Assembly (NCBI RefSeq): GCF_964188315.1
Contig: NC_135669.1
Coordinates: 18,414,001 to 18,478,000 of the forward strand
DNA: 64,000 nt
DNA from: Podarcis muralis
Taxonomy: Eukaryota
Direction of reading: 5' to 3'
This document shows positions 17,273-29,885 of the stretch, piece after piece. The notes under the pieces were generated by a model, which saw nothing but the letters and a program-made list of their open reading frames with translations, was not told the origin of the DNA and did no database searches. The position numbers were made by a program, and so were the translations under genes. The first letter of the stretch is position 1. Each line of letters begins with the position of its first letter.

Positions 17273-17316
<44 letters not shown>

Positions 17317-18641
17317 AAATCCTCTGAGAAATCACTGGACTATTTCAAGTGGGGCAAAACAGAAATGGAAAAGGAACAGGACAAGCCAGTTAATTACCGT
17401 ATTTTTCGCTCTATAAGACGCACCAGACCACAAGACACACCTAGTTTTTGGAGGAGGAAAACAAGAAAAAAAATATTCTGAATCTCAGAAGGCAGAACAG
17501 CAAGAGGGATCGCTGTGCAGTGAAAGCAGCAATCCCTCTTGCTGTTCTGGCTTCTGTGATAGCTGCACAGCCTGCATTCGCTCCATAAGACGCACACACA
17601 TTTCCCCTTACTTTTTAGGAGGGAAAAAGTGAGTCTTATAGAGCAAAAAATACGGTACCTTGTACAAAGTTCTGAATAAAACACTAAAAGATAATCAGGA
17701 GACCAGGAATTGAAAAACCAAAACTGATATCAAGTGAAAATAATTTGCAAATATATTGGTCAGAAGCTATAAAACACAGACTTCTTTGTAAATGCTCGCT
17801 ATGTAGCCCTGCAAGGTCTCATATTCCATTTGCATAGACCTACGTCTAAATAAAGGTCCTCTTGACAAAAACAGATGGATCTGTTGTTGTTGTTTTAAAA
17901 AAGTTGCTCCACTTTTACAATGAGAAATATATTGAACCTAATAAAACCACCTTTGCAGACTTGGGTGTCCCCCCACTCCTACTTTTTGCGAGGAAAATTT
18001 ACTGAGCAAAGATGTTGCTTGTTTAATAGAGAAACAGCCAAAAACATCCACCTGCAGCAAGCCTAGCTCTCTTTCTTAGGCACAACTTACTGCTCTCCCA
18101 CACACAAGTCCCCCAGAAAAGTTCCTTGCTCTTTGCATAACCTAAATGAGTGAATACAGAACAAGCACATCTGTGTCTACTGTATATCTCTATTTCTCTA
18201 TCTAGCTATCTATCTATCTGGGGATGTGGGTGGCGCTTTGGTCTAAACCACTGAATCTCTTGGGCTTGCTGATTGGAAGGTTGGCGGTTCGAATCCCCAC
18301 AATGGGGTGAGCTCCCGTTGCTCTGTCCCAGCTCCTGCCAGCCTAGCAGTTCAAAAGCATACCAGCACAAGCAGATAAATAGGTACCACTGTGATGGGAA
18401 GGTAAATGGAGTTCCCGTGCACTCCAGTACTCGTCATGGTGTTCTGTTGTGCCAGAAGCAGTTTTTGTCATGCTGGCTACACGAGCTGGAAAAGTTATCT
18501 GTGTACAAACGCCACTTCTCTCAGCCTGAAAGCGGAGATGAGCGCTGCACCCCATAGTTGAATTCGACTGGACTTAACAATCCAGGGGTCCTTTACCTTT
18601 TACCTTTACTATCGATTGATCAATCTATCAGCCTATCTATG

Positions 18642-18681
<40 letters not shown>

Positions 18682-21600
18682 ATCTATCTATCAGTTCACG
18701 TGGCTCTTTATAGCCAACACCAAGCTGTACAGAAGTCTTCCTACATTACTATTATTATTATTATTATTATCATTAAATAATAAAGGTTTCTGGGTACATA
18801 GAAGTTGATACTGTTAATAGGCCAAATACTACATTGTGGTTTCTTTGGGTGGGAAAACGTACTGCTCACTCTTTTGGAGAGATACTTGATCCATTGCCAC
18901 ACAGTTGAGTCTCCCAGGAGGAAAACCTGCTTTCCCTGTAAGCAAGAGTAAACATTATCCAAGGTGCTGCCATTGAGCACTTTGCAGAAAGCAGGATGCC
19001 ATTGGTTCTGCCAAACAAAGCCACTGGGAGACGGGGAAGTCATCCCGACTCTGCAGTTCATGTTAGCCATTGTCTTCTTCCCTACCAAAAGGAAAAGAAG
19101 AAATGAGAAGATGAAAATAGTATGGAGGATTCTGTTTGAGCTTTAGAAACCCCATCAGTCAACTTGACCAGCTCTGTATTTGGGGGGTTTAACAACTCAT
19201 GGGAAAGGGGTCCTTGGGGTGGGGGATCCCACCTCTCCCCATATGAATAAACTTGGACTCTGTGATCATCCTCTGTAGCCTAGAAGATGGCAACAAGAGA
19301 ACGGGCCTTTTTTGTGGGGGCTCCCCACTTGTGGAATGCTCTCCCCAGGGAGGCTCGCCTGGAGCCTTTGAAGGAAAAAGAGAGACCCTCTTGGCCTATG
19401 TGTCCATAATGTTGGCTTCTCCCCAGTTAGATTATGATTACAAATGGCATGACCTACTAAGTATAACCCATTTAGCTGTCCACAAGGTGCTTTCAAGAAG
19501 CAAAAGTCAAACTGTCCACTTGCAAGGGACCTTGTGGTTGCACATTTCCTGAAAATGCTGGTGCAGATCTTGTGTTTAGAAATTTCCTGGTAGTGTGTGT
19601 ACTTTTAGGGGGAAGCTATAAATTGTTCAGACTTTGTGGGTGGAGATTTCCTGGCATTTTCAGTAAAGCAATGACCAGGAGGGAAGGAACAAAATAAAAT
19701 AAAATAATTCCTTCCAGTAGCACCTTAGAGACCAACTAAGTTTGTTATTGGTATCTGAAGAAGTGTGCATGCACACGAAAGCTCATACCAATAACAAACT
19801 TAGTTGGTCTCTAAGGTGCTACTGGAAGGAATGTTTTTTGTTTTGTTTTGTTTCGACTATGGCAGACCAGCATGCCTACCTACCTGTAACTAGGAGGGAA
19901 GGGACAGTGGCCAAAAGATTCTGGGAATTGAGCCCCATGCATTGAGCCCCAAGGTTTTCTGTTGAGACCTATGCCTATGCTTAATGTCACATGTATGTAA
20001 CCCATTGTAATCAGGATCAAACGTTTCTCACATGTAACAATGTATTGGAACAGTCTTAAGTATTCACCGTGTGCTCATCAGAGGTGCCCAGATTCTTTGG
20101 GTGCTAACCCACTCTGTGCCTTCTGCTATAACCAAATAAACTGCTTTTTGTTTTCCACTCCTGGTGTGATCATTGGCTAAGTTAACCCTGTTTGAATTGG
20201 ATACTTGTCCACAACACTTTCATCAATTCAATTTACATACTGCCCTTTATCAAAAGATCCCAGGGCTGAGAACAACAATAAAAACACATTAGAGAACATC
20301 AATGATAAAAACATAATAAAAAGCATACTGACAGACAGCCTATTAATAAAAGAGTCATCATTGTAACAGTCATCTCCTCCGCTTTCACAGACCATAATTT
20401 AATAGCCATAGGCCCGGGTAAAGAGGAATGACCTTTGAGTGTAGACAACTGTAAAAAGGGAAGAGTTGTGTTCATTGCTCCATGCTGTTTCAGAGGCGGA
20501 TTTAGCGGAGCATGACCTGCATTGGTAAAAAGGTAAAAGTAAAGGACCCCTGGACAGTTAAATCCAGTCAAAGGCAACTATGGGGTTGCGGCGCTCATCT
20601 GGCTTTCAGGCCGAGAGAGCCGGCATTTGTCCAAAGTCAACTGTCCTGGTCATGTGGCCAGCATGACTGAACTGCTTCTGGTGCAACAGAACACCGTGAC
20701 TGAAACCAGAGCGCACGGAAATGCTGTTTACCTACCCACTACAGAGGTACCTATTTATCTACTTGCATTGGCATGCTTTTGAACTGCTAGGTGGGCAGGA
20801 GCTGGGACAGAGCAATGGGAGCTCACCCCGTTGCGGGGATTTGAACCACCGACCATCTGATTGGCAAGCCGAAGAGGCTCAGTGGTTTAGACCACAGTAC
20901 CACCCGCATCCACTGGGCACCGAGCTGAGAGGGCGCTGCAGGGGTCACTGCAAAAATGACTTGGAACAGAGGGCGAGAGGCAGGGGGTGGGATTTTGGTG
21001 TCATACAGGGCGCCTCTGAAATGTGAAAGCTCAAAGTCTGTCACTGCGTGTTTCTGCTCTGATCACACCCACCACTGGAATACAACCCTGGAAGGTTATC
21101 CAAGAGGTAAGGTGGCCCTCACATTGAAAGGATTGCCCATTTATATGTAATATATGGCAGCCATTGTGGTGGTGTAAGCCTCTTCCTGCTCTCACAGGAA
21201 GAGTGAGAGCTGGACCATAAAGCAGGCTGATCGCCGAAGAATTGATGCTTTTGAATTATGGTGCTGGAGGAGACTCTTGAGAGTCCCATGGACTGCAAGA
21301 AGATCAAACGCATCCATTCTTAAGGAAATCAGACCTGAGTGCTCACTGGAAGGACAGATCGTGAAGCTGAGGCTCCAATACTTTGGCCACCTCATGAGAA
21401 GATAAGACTCGCTGGAAAAGACCCTGATGTTGGGAAAGATGGAGGGCACAAGGAGAAGGGGACGACAGAGGACGAGATGGCTGGATAGTGTTCTCGAAGC
21501 TACAAACATGAGCCTGACTAAACTGCGGGAGGCGGTGGAAGACAGGAGTGCCTGGCGTGCTCTGGTCCATGGGGTCACGAAGAGCCGAACACAACTAAAC

Positions 21601-24600
21601 GACTAAACAACAACAACAAGCCTCTTCCTGGCAAGTTGGGAGTATAGGATGGTTCTGCCCATCTCAAGGTATTTGAAGGCTGTGATGTGCTAAAAAATGT
21701 ATCCCAAATTCCTACGTTCATTATATGTGCCAACAAAACGTTGCATTGAGAACTGGAAGGTCTAACTCACTTCCACAGGATACAACATGGATGCCCACAA
21801 ATGGATGCAGGATCTCAGCTCCAACGTTGTTCCTTCAAGGGGGAAAAAAGGAAGTCAGCATATATGGAATATTTCCATCATCGATGTTTCCCACTAAATT
21901 CTCACATCTAACATGTTGCTGCTGTAAATGGAAGGCGAATCTTAATCTGATTTTGCAAAGCCTTTTGTACATTGTCAGGTTTTTATTGGGTCAAGTAGAA
22001 AATGACATTAAAATGGACCTGATAAAAAGAAAGAAATTTGGTTCAATTCACTCCTTGTGCAATGAATGCTTAAGGGAAATATTTATTCTATTACTTGCAT
22101 TTCCCCTGTAAAGTATTCCGCATTACAGTGGCACCTCGGGTTAAGTACTTAATTCGTTCCGGAGGTCTGTACTTAACCTGAAACTGTTCTTAACCTGAAG
22201 CACCACTTTAGCTAATGGGGCCTCCTGCTGCCGCCGCGCCGCCGGAGCATGATTTCTGTTCTCATCCTGAAGCAAAGTTCTTAACCTGAAGCACTATTTC
22301 TGGGTTAGCAGAGTCTGTAACCTGAAGCGTATGTAACCTGAAGCGTATGTAACCCGAGATACCACTGTATAATGTACTGTTTTTCTGTCTTTTTATTGGA
22401 AGCCTTTCTGAATGCTGCACACCAATATTTTAAATAAATGTAAGTTCTGATTGTGACAAGTATGACTTCTATATTGTTGTAATGTGATTTTTTTTTTTTG
22501 CCCCCACAAAAACCCATGCTTTAACGCTGAATTGGAGCAAATGGCAAACCACAAAAATCCAAAATTGCTGGGTTTTTTTGTGCTTCATCTTTAAGGAGCG
22601 AGTTTTGTGAGTGAAACTCTGGGACAAAGAGAAGAGCAATCAGACATGGAGCTATAAAGCACAGATCTGTGCCTAGGAAGTGTAGGAAGAAAGGTGAGTG
22701 TGGATAAGCCCGATATTGGTGCTCTGAGGATTGTCTGGGTCTGGATCTTAGAGATTAACTAAGATAGAAGTTAACAGAGAACACAGGGTAAAGATGTGCC
22801 CACACAACCAACACCACTCCAACAACTGTTCACTTCTATTGCAGAACTTGTCCAATCTTCAGCTGGAAATTAAGCAATTGTTTGCCCCACATAACTGTTG
22901 AAAGCCAATATTTTGCAACACAAATGTGTATTTAACTGGTGATGTAACCAACTGCCTTTGTGATGCATGCTGGAGCCTTGGATTCAACAGATGAAACCTT
23001 CTTCCCATCTTCTTCCTCAATACTGCAAACAGATTCCAATAATCTTGAGGAACTTGACTCATCATGGTATTGAGCAACCAAGCCGGGAAGAGGATCTATC
23101 TTGGGAGAGGAACAGCTTACCCATTTGTAATCATTTCAGCCTGCACAACCCCAGAAGGGGCACGTACACACACATGGGAACAAAATTAGAAGAGGAGGAG
23201 GAGTTTGGATTTGATATCCCGCTTTATCACTACCCGAAGGAGTCTCAAAACGGCTAACAATCTCCTTTCCCTTCCTCCCCCACAACAAACACTCTGTGAG
23301 GTGAGTGAGGCTGAGAGACCACTACACCACACATCACCCCCCATGTGATGAGGCACCTGAACTGCAGATTGGAACATTGCCCCCCCCCAACTACTCTTCA
23401 GCTCTAGAACAGGGCTTCCCAAACTTGGGTCTCCAGCTGCTTATGGACTACAACTCCCATCATCCCTAGCTAGCAGGACCAGTGGTGAGGGATGATGGGA
23501 AGTGTAGTCCAAAAACAGCTAGAGACTCAAGTTTGGGAAAACTCTGCTCTAGAATGTCCCCAACCACCCAGGCCAGCCTCCTGAACAGAAAGGAAGACTA
23601 TAAAAGACTTCTTGTTTGGTCTGTGGCTACACCAAACTGGCTGGATCAGGCCAATGGCTCATCTAGCCCAGCATCTGACAAAAAACCTGCAAGCAGGACA
23701 TGAACATAAGAGCTCCCTCCCCTCCTGTGGTTTCCAGCATTGCTGACTAGCTGTGGAGGCAGAGCATCGCCACCATGGCTAGTAGCCACCAGTAGCCCTC
23801 ACCTCCATGAATTTGTCAAATCCCCCTTTAAAGCCATATCCCTAACTCCTATTTTTAGATACTTCTAAAAGACACCGCATTGTACCCGCTTATTCATCAT
23901 TGACCCTGGGGATTCTGTATGGCTTTCTGACTGCCGACGAGCTCCAGAGAGCAAACACACAGACCCAAACTGTCTCAAAATGAAACATTCACAGAATGAA
24001 CAGCAGAATTCTTAAAATACCCGGCTGCGAGTTATGAAATGCATTGACAGTTGGCCTTAAGAAGAGACGGGAGAGTGAAATACCTCTTAAAAAGTCTTCG
24101 TTCCAAGTCTGTGAGGTAGGATTTGAGTGTTAGTTCAGACTGAAGTTTCACAAGAGCTTCACACGGCACCCTCTTTGGTTTCACACAGTAGAAGGCTTCC
24201 TGGTCTCGTTCATCAAGATACTCACATAGATCCGCAGTTGTGCTTCTGACAAAACCACACTTAGTGGAGACGTGTGAGGCCCCATTCAGAAACTTGCCCC
24301 TGAAATCCATTTTGTCGTAGCCTCTCTTCCTCGCAGCCCACAGTGCAGAAACTCCTTCGCTGGGGTGGATGAGCAAGATGGAAACTTTGACATCGCCCTC
24401 CCAAAATAAAGTGAAATGGACCAGGTACGTCCCATTCCTATAGTCTGTGATGTGCCCAGAAGCTCCAGCCCCAAGACTTGAAGAGTAGATCCTCACTCGT
24501 AAGAAGTCTCCTCCATACTTCTTTCTCTCCCCCAAGTAGTTGTACAAATCTAGCCGAACCATCAAGGGGTCTCCAACGCAATAAGAACCCTTTTGGTTTA

Positions 24601-27600
24601 ATATGGTGGCCTTGCTGTTCCTGGCATTTGTGGTGGTCATTATATCTGTGAAAGTGACACTCGGCATCAACTGGTTCAGCTTTCTCAGAATGTCTTTTAC
24701 TTCTTTGTCGTTCTTTTCCCACTCTCTCCTCATATTCATCAGGATGTCGCTTTTCATGGGCAAAATTCTGTTCCTGCTGTCTTTGATGGAAGAATTTTTG
24801 TTTAAAGAATCAAAATACTTTCAAATTATTCAAAAAAGTGATTACAAGTAAACCTGAATGCTAGGAAAATATGGGATTCGTTCATAAAAGTCTAGGAAGC
24901 ATGGGAAGAAAATCAGTCACATTTTTTTAAAAAAACAATAATATGCTTTGTTTTAATCAAACCCCTACTGGCAAATCTGCCAGGAAAATCTGAAGCATCC
25001 CATATTAAATATCTTTTGGATGACAGGGTTAATGATATTACACTGGCCATGGCAAAGTTTCTCTCGGAAGTTGAATCAAGGATCATCATGCTTGAGACAA
25101 AACAAAATGACCGCCTCGGTTCCTCTCTCTTTTGTGGTTCGCTGTCTTAACTGTATTTTGTTCTGAAATTGTTTGATGGGTCTTTTGACCACAATAAAGA
25201 TTTTATTTATTTATACTTTGTTTTAAAATGTATTTTATAATTTTCCCTAATCAATTACTTTAAGTAATGGCTGGTGTGGATATTAATATTGGCATTTTTT
25301 ACATTACTTTTCAGTAAAGAAAAGGGAAAAAAGAGGCTCCTATAAAAGCTTACAAATACCAATTTAAAATATTTACGTAGCATCCTTCATGTTCTAGATT
25401 CTCTTCCCCCTCTGCCTCCATGCTGTCAATGTACGATTACTCTCAGAATAGCAAAAGCTCATATTTTTGGAGGTTTGTCCACACTTCCTCTAGTCCTGCT
25501 CCTTTCCTCAGGCAAAATCTGCTCTTTAGTGTTCAATCAGATCAAACAACAATTTGGGTTTCCTCCAGATCAGCGTTTGCTCTGACTGAACACGAAATAG
25601 CAGGTTTTCCTGGGAAAGGAGAGGGGTAAGTGGAAAACTGCTCAGACCCATACCTAAAAAGCATGGATCAAGCAGAAAACAACAGCCCCATGCTTTCTAG
25701 GCTGTGGTGTAATGTGGGTTGCCAGGGCCACGTGGAGGGGTGGGAGCAAGAGAAACCGAAGGAGTACACATGCACATTCAACGGCTTAACATCATCCATG
25801 TCACACAGGAGATCGCAGCCACAGAGATAAGAAAAGAAGAGTTGTTCCATACTCCGGAGAGGTCACTTCCTGGTTCACATAGAGAAGCTGTTTTCAATGG
25901 AGCTGAGTGATGGAAGCACACACAGCTGTATTGAGGCAGCTCCAGGTGTTGAAATTTGGCGCCCCTAACAATTTTGCACCTGGGGCAACCGCCCCTATGC
26001 CCCCTATGCTACACCACTGTTTCCAGGCATGGAACAAGCAGAAGTGTGGACGAGCCCAGGGCTTCGCAAGCCCATTTGCTCCACTACTTTCACCTGGGAA
26101 AACCCATGATTTAGCATTGCATCAGGACAATTGGGAATCGGGTTTTTCTGATAATTGCTGTTTGTTCTGATTTAGCGCTAAAGAACTGGTTTTCCAGGAA
26201 GAAAGGCAAACTGCTCAATTTTAGCTGGAAAGAATGGGACAAATGGAAAGCTGTCCAGACCCCTGTGCTTTCTAGGTATGAACAAGTGGAAGTGTGGGCG
26301 AGCTCTTAGGCCCCTAGTATACTTCCCTGCTATGCTATGCATCTACCTGTACTATTCCCCCAATACCTGTTCCTGTAAGGATTTTGCTTTCCTGACTCAG
26401 TACTGGATTATAACCTAGGAAGATTTCCCTGCTGGTTCTGCCTGCATCTTCCAGGTTGAGATAATGCTTTGCTTTTGAAGCACCCTTCTCTTTCAAGTAT
26501 AGATGCTGCTGCTGCTTTCACGTCCTTCACTTCTCCCTCGCTCTCATTCTAGTATGTGAGGAGGAAGAGAGCATTCCACCCCACACAGTTGTGAAGCTTT
26601 GCGAAACCAGGCTCATCTTTGCCTTTGACAAGCGCCAGCAGCGGCCAGCCTCTGGCGACATAAGGCAAAAGGGAATGGGAGGAGGAGGGAGCAGGGAAAG
26701 AGCTGGTAGGGAATAGATATGAGAACTGAAAAAGGCCTCACCAATGTCACCAGCAAAGTGATTGATCTGATTTGATGCATGGCTCATTGTGATACCTCTG
26801 AAGATGAGAATCTGGAGCATGCAATGAGAAAGAAAGAATCACAAGCGTTCACAAGGAGAAAACAGAGCAGTAGTAAGGCACAATTCCCAAGCAAAACCTC
26901 CATGCGGAAGCATATCTGAATAGCAGGTGCCAGGGTCAAAATATTTTGGGAAGGGCAACTGCCTTGAGCCCCCAACCATACATTTGCGGCCTCCACAACC
27001 ATCCAGTTGGCTGCAGTTGGTTGATAGTGGACACAGGTTTAAAAAACAATGTTTTTCCACAGGGGGAAAGGCTGCAATAAAAGGTTTCCTGAAAAATAGA
27101 GAAACATTTACTCAATGTGAATATTGCATTTAAAATTTCATTCTGCGAAAGTGTCACACCGCAAGAGCCAAACTATTTACTTCTATTTTTAAATGGTCAC
27201 CAGAGTCCAATCCATGTTGTATTTCAGGGCCATCAGGTGCTAATTAACTAAATGTCTTAACAACAACAACAACAACAACAACAACTTTTTATTTATACCC
27301 CACCCATCTGTCTGGGTTTCCCCAGCCACTCTAGGTGGCTGACAACAGAATATTAAAAATACAACAAAACATCAAACATTAAAAGCTTCCCTAAACAGGG
27401 CTGCCTTCAGATGTCTTCTGAATGTCAGGTTGTTGTTTATCTCTTTGACATCTGATGGGAGGGCGTTCCACAGGGCGGGCGCCACTACCGAGAAGGCCCT
27501 CTGCCTGGTTCCCTGTAACTTGGCTTCTCACAGTGAGGGAACCACCAGAAGGTCCTCGGCGCTGGACCTCAGCATCTGGGCAGAACGATGGGGGTGGAGA

Positions 27601-27775
27601 CACTCCTTCAGGTTTATGTACATACACCATTTTTAAAAAATATATTTATGAATTAGTTTGCGTTATTGAATAAGGTAAGACACTCTACCTGGGTATCAGT
27701 TTTGTAGATGTGGACAGTGTAGATGATGAAGAAACTGACTCCAAGCACGAGAGCCAGGAAGGCTGTTGAGGTCAT
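16703..27775 (-). CDS. NXPE: NXPE family member (copy 1), 6 coding exons, about 556 aa
   Basis: Exons 27775-27689 (TM anchor MTSTAFLALVLGVSFFIIY), 26811-26742, 24780-24084 (697 nt, TTNARNSKATILN, GGDFLR, HPSEGVSALW), 21832-21771 (62 nt), 19081-18863 (GDST motif) and 17238-16703 (536 nt, [10 protein letters not shown]...HPP). All GT-AG, phases 0/1/2/1/1, total 1671 nt, no internal stop. An acceptor just upstream of the ATG exon implies an unseen 5' exon. Confidence 0.88.
17274..17312. repeat. (TA)n microsatellite
   Basis: Direct reading. Other microsatellites: (GT)n 2383-2425, (GA)n 2962-3000, (TC)n 11896-11948, (CA)/(GA)n 13118-13170, (CTAT)n 18630-18690, (GGAA)n 34115-34163, (ATT)n 35325-35370, (TA)n 40856-40898. 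Confidence 0.97.
17397..17655. mobile_element. 259-bp MITE, CCGTATTTTT TIR family
   Basis: TA target duplication on both sides. Near-identical inverted copy at 39022-39280. Confidence 0.9.
18220..18608 (+). mobile_element. Sauria SINE inserted in a (CTAT)n tract
   Basis: GGGGATGTGGGTGGCGC head, GGTTCGAATCC box, (ACCTTT)n tail. Confidence 0.88.
19708..19831 (+). ncRNA. Penelope-like element remnant forming a 47-bp perfect hairpin with a minimal type I hammerhead ribozyme core
   Basis: Arms 19708-19754 and 19785-19831 are exact reverse complements. The loop reads CTGAAGA-A-GTGTGCATGCACAC-GAAA-GC-TC. Confidence 0.72.
20525..20911 (-). mobile_element. Sauria SINE
   Basis: Reverse-complement head, core and (AAAGGT)n tail. 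Confidence 0.87.
21189..21617 (+). mobile_element. Bov-B (RTE) LINE 3' fragment
   Basis: RRIDAFELWCWRRLLRVPWTAR-type C-terminus, (CAA)n tail, 13-bp TSD AAGCCTCTTCCTG. Confidence 0.93.
22126..22367. mobile_element. Tigger/pogo-like MITE, 242 bp
   Basis: TA flanks. Same length as and highly similar to 4226-4467. Confidence 0.88.
23410..23546. mobile_element. Short hAT MITE
   Basis: Perfect 8-bp TSD CTCTAGAA. TIR CAGGGCTTCCCAAACT. Confidence 0.87.
27255..27612 (-). mobile_element. L2-clade LINE 3' end
   Basis: Reverse-complement match to 1550-1790 plus a microsatellite tail. Short tails of the same family lie at about 30370-30485 and 35215-35370. Confidence 0.85.
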
Positions 27776-29382
27776 GGTATAAACCAAAGATATTCCTGGC
27801 ACCTCTGTCAAAAGGCACAGAGAAATTCCTTTTCACCGCCTTTGGTTTCAAACCTGTTGCAACCAAAGGCAAGGGGAGAGTAGTAATACTTTCCAACAGA
27901 CTATTCTAGAATGTATGTTTTTAAAAAACTCACTGAAAATTCATTTAACCCAGTAGCCTGTAAGTACTGACATCAGAAAATCATCAGTAGAGTAGTAGGA
28001 GCTCTCTCTTTTTCTCTCTCTCTTTTCTACTCTGTTGCACTCTTACTGATCTTATTAGGATATGCATTTCTATAATGCAAATAAACCTTTAATAACTGAA
28101 AATACTGCTGATTTTCAGATATGAAGATCTCCACCTGGTTGTAGTTCCTGAGTTTTGAATGGATGAATATGCACTCCCTACTTCTCTGAGTTGTAAGAAT
28201 TCCCATGTTACATATTGAAAATAAGTAAGTAAAATAATAATCATGTTGATAATAATACTTCCAGGGTAGAGATTACCAGCAGATGGCTTCCTTTGGAGAG
28301 TATTTGAGCCTTTGGTCCTTAAAAACAAGCAAGCAAGCAAACAAACAAACCTTGCTTGTTTACAAATATATGAATAACACAGGCGGAGACCACTTTCAAA
28401 CTCCTAGCTAGCCCTCTTTCTGGGTCTATCATTTCCTTGTTCAAAACTGCTTCTGTTGCTGTCTCTCTTTCTCTCATAGTGGGTGAAGGGTGCCCTCTTT
28501 TTCATCAAAATTGCTGCCAACCACCTGACCTCACCTCTAACCTCTGATGTTTGATCTCAAGGATGGAAGAAGGCATGATGCTCAGGCAGACCCTTTAAAA
28601 CACAGACTCTCTGACCATAGGAATCAAAGTACAGTGCTGCACTGGGCTCAAGGACTGGTGAGGGAGCATAATATCCCAGAAGACTACAGAAAGAAATAAG
28701 GTGGGAGGGGCATAGGAACCAATGTCTAGAGACTGAGGTCCCTCCCCCCATTTTTTTTATGGGGACAGGCCCCACCAAAGTTGATGGGCATTGACATTCA
28801 AATAGTGTGAATGTACCATATAATGAAATGATTTTAGAATGTTGTATTATTTTACTGCTGTTAGCCGCTCTGAGCCTGGCTTCGGCTGGGGGGGGGGCAG
28901 GATATAAATAAAATTGATTGATTGATTATGCAGGGTGGGGCTTACCTGCCCCACCCCTCGATATTTTATTCTTCCACCTGGGGATGGAAGAATCTTAGCA
29001 AATTTGAGACACCGTGTGGAAAAATGCTATGTGTGTACCTGTACATTCTTTGCCCTTTGTTTTTTTTAAAAAAAGGTTTCTGCGGCCTCCGTTGATGTAG
29101 AGTAACACCCTCAAAGTCCAAAGCCTTGAACTCTTTATATGTTTCAGGCCTGTTTGACAGTGGCAACTTGGCAACAGATTCTGCAAGAGGAATAGCGCTG
29201 CTTTGAGTATTTATAGGGGCCTGGATCAGAGAACTCCATTTTGATTGGTCAAGGGAATGGCAGGCTCTGATTAGCTGGAAGTTCTGGTTGGTGAATAAAG
29301 GGTAGTTAATTGTCAGTTGCGGAAAACAAACGTCAGTTCGGAAAGTCGGTTGGGAAAGTCAGTTGATGGGGGAAGTGTGAGG

Positions 29383-29561
29383 CAGTGGCGTAGCGTGGGG
29401 GTGCAGGGGGGGCCGGCTGCACCGGGCGCAACATCTGGGGTTAGGGCAAATCCATGGGTTAGGGGGCGCAAATCCACAGGTTAGGGGGCGCAAATCCACG
29501 GGTTAGGGGGCGCAAATTACTTGCCTTGCCCCGGGTGCTGACAACCCACGCTACGCCGCTG
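29383..29561. mobile_element. hAT MITE, same family as 6167-6324
   Basis: Perfect 8-bp TSD GTGTGAGG. One more 22-bp internal unit than the first copy. Confidence 0.9.
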
Positions 29562-29659
29562 GTGTGAGGCAAAGATTTGAGAAGACTGAGGGGTTAGGGT
29601 CAATAGTGGAGAGCTGAGGTCTGAATATTAAGCTACTCACCCCAAGTGTGTTAGCAATA

Positions 29660-29885
29660 CAGTGGTACCTCAGGTTACATACGCTTCAGGTTACACACTC
29701 TGCTAACCCAGAAATAGTGCTTCAGGTTAAGAAGTTTGCTTCAGGATAAGAACAGAAATCGGACTCCGGCGGCGCAGCAGCAGCAGGAGGCCCCATTAGC
29801 TAAAGTGGTGCTTCAGGTTAAGAACAGTTTCAGGTTAAGAACGGCCCTCCGGAATGAATTAAGTACTTAACCTGAGGTACCACTG
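29660..29885. mobile_element. Tigger/pogo-like MITE, 226 bp, inverted
   Basis: TA flanks. One 16-bp unit shorter than the other copies. Confidence 0.87.

Noticed and set aside
24781-24891. Upstream acceptors or ORF-track starts for the large NXPE exon
   Set aside because: They give in-frame stops or the wrong phase. The chosen acceptors give exactly 697 nt in three paralogs.
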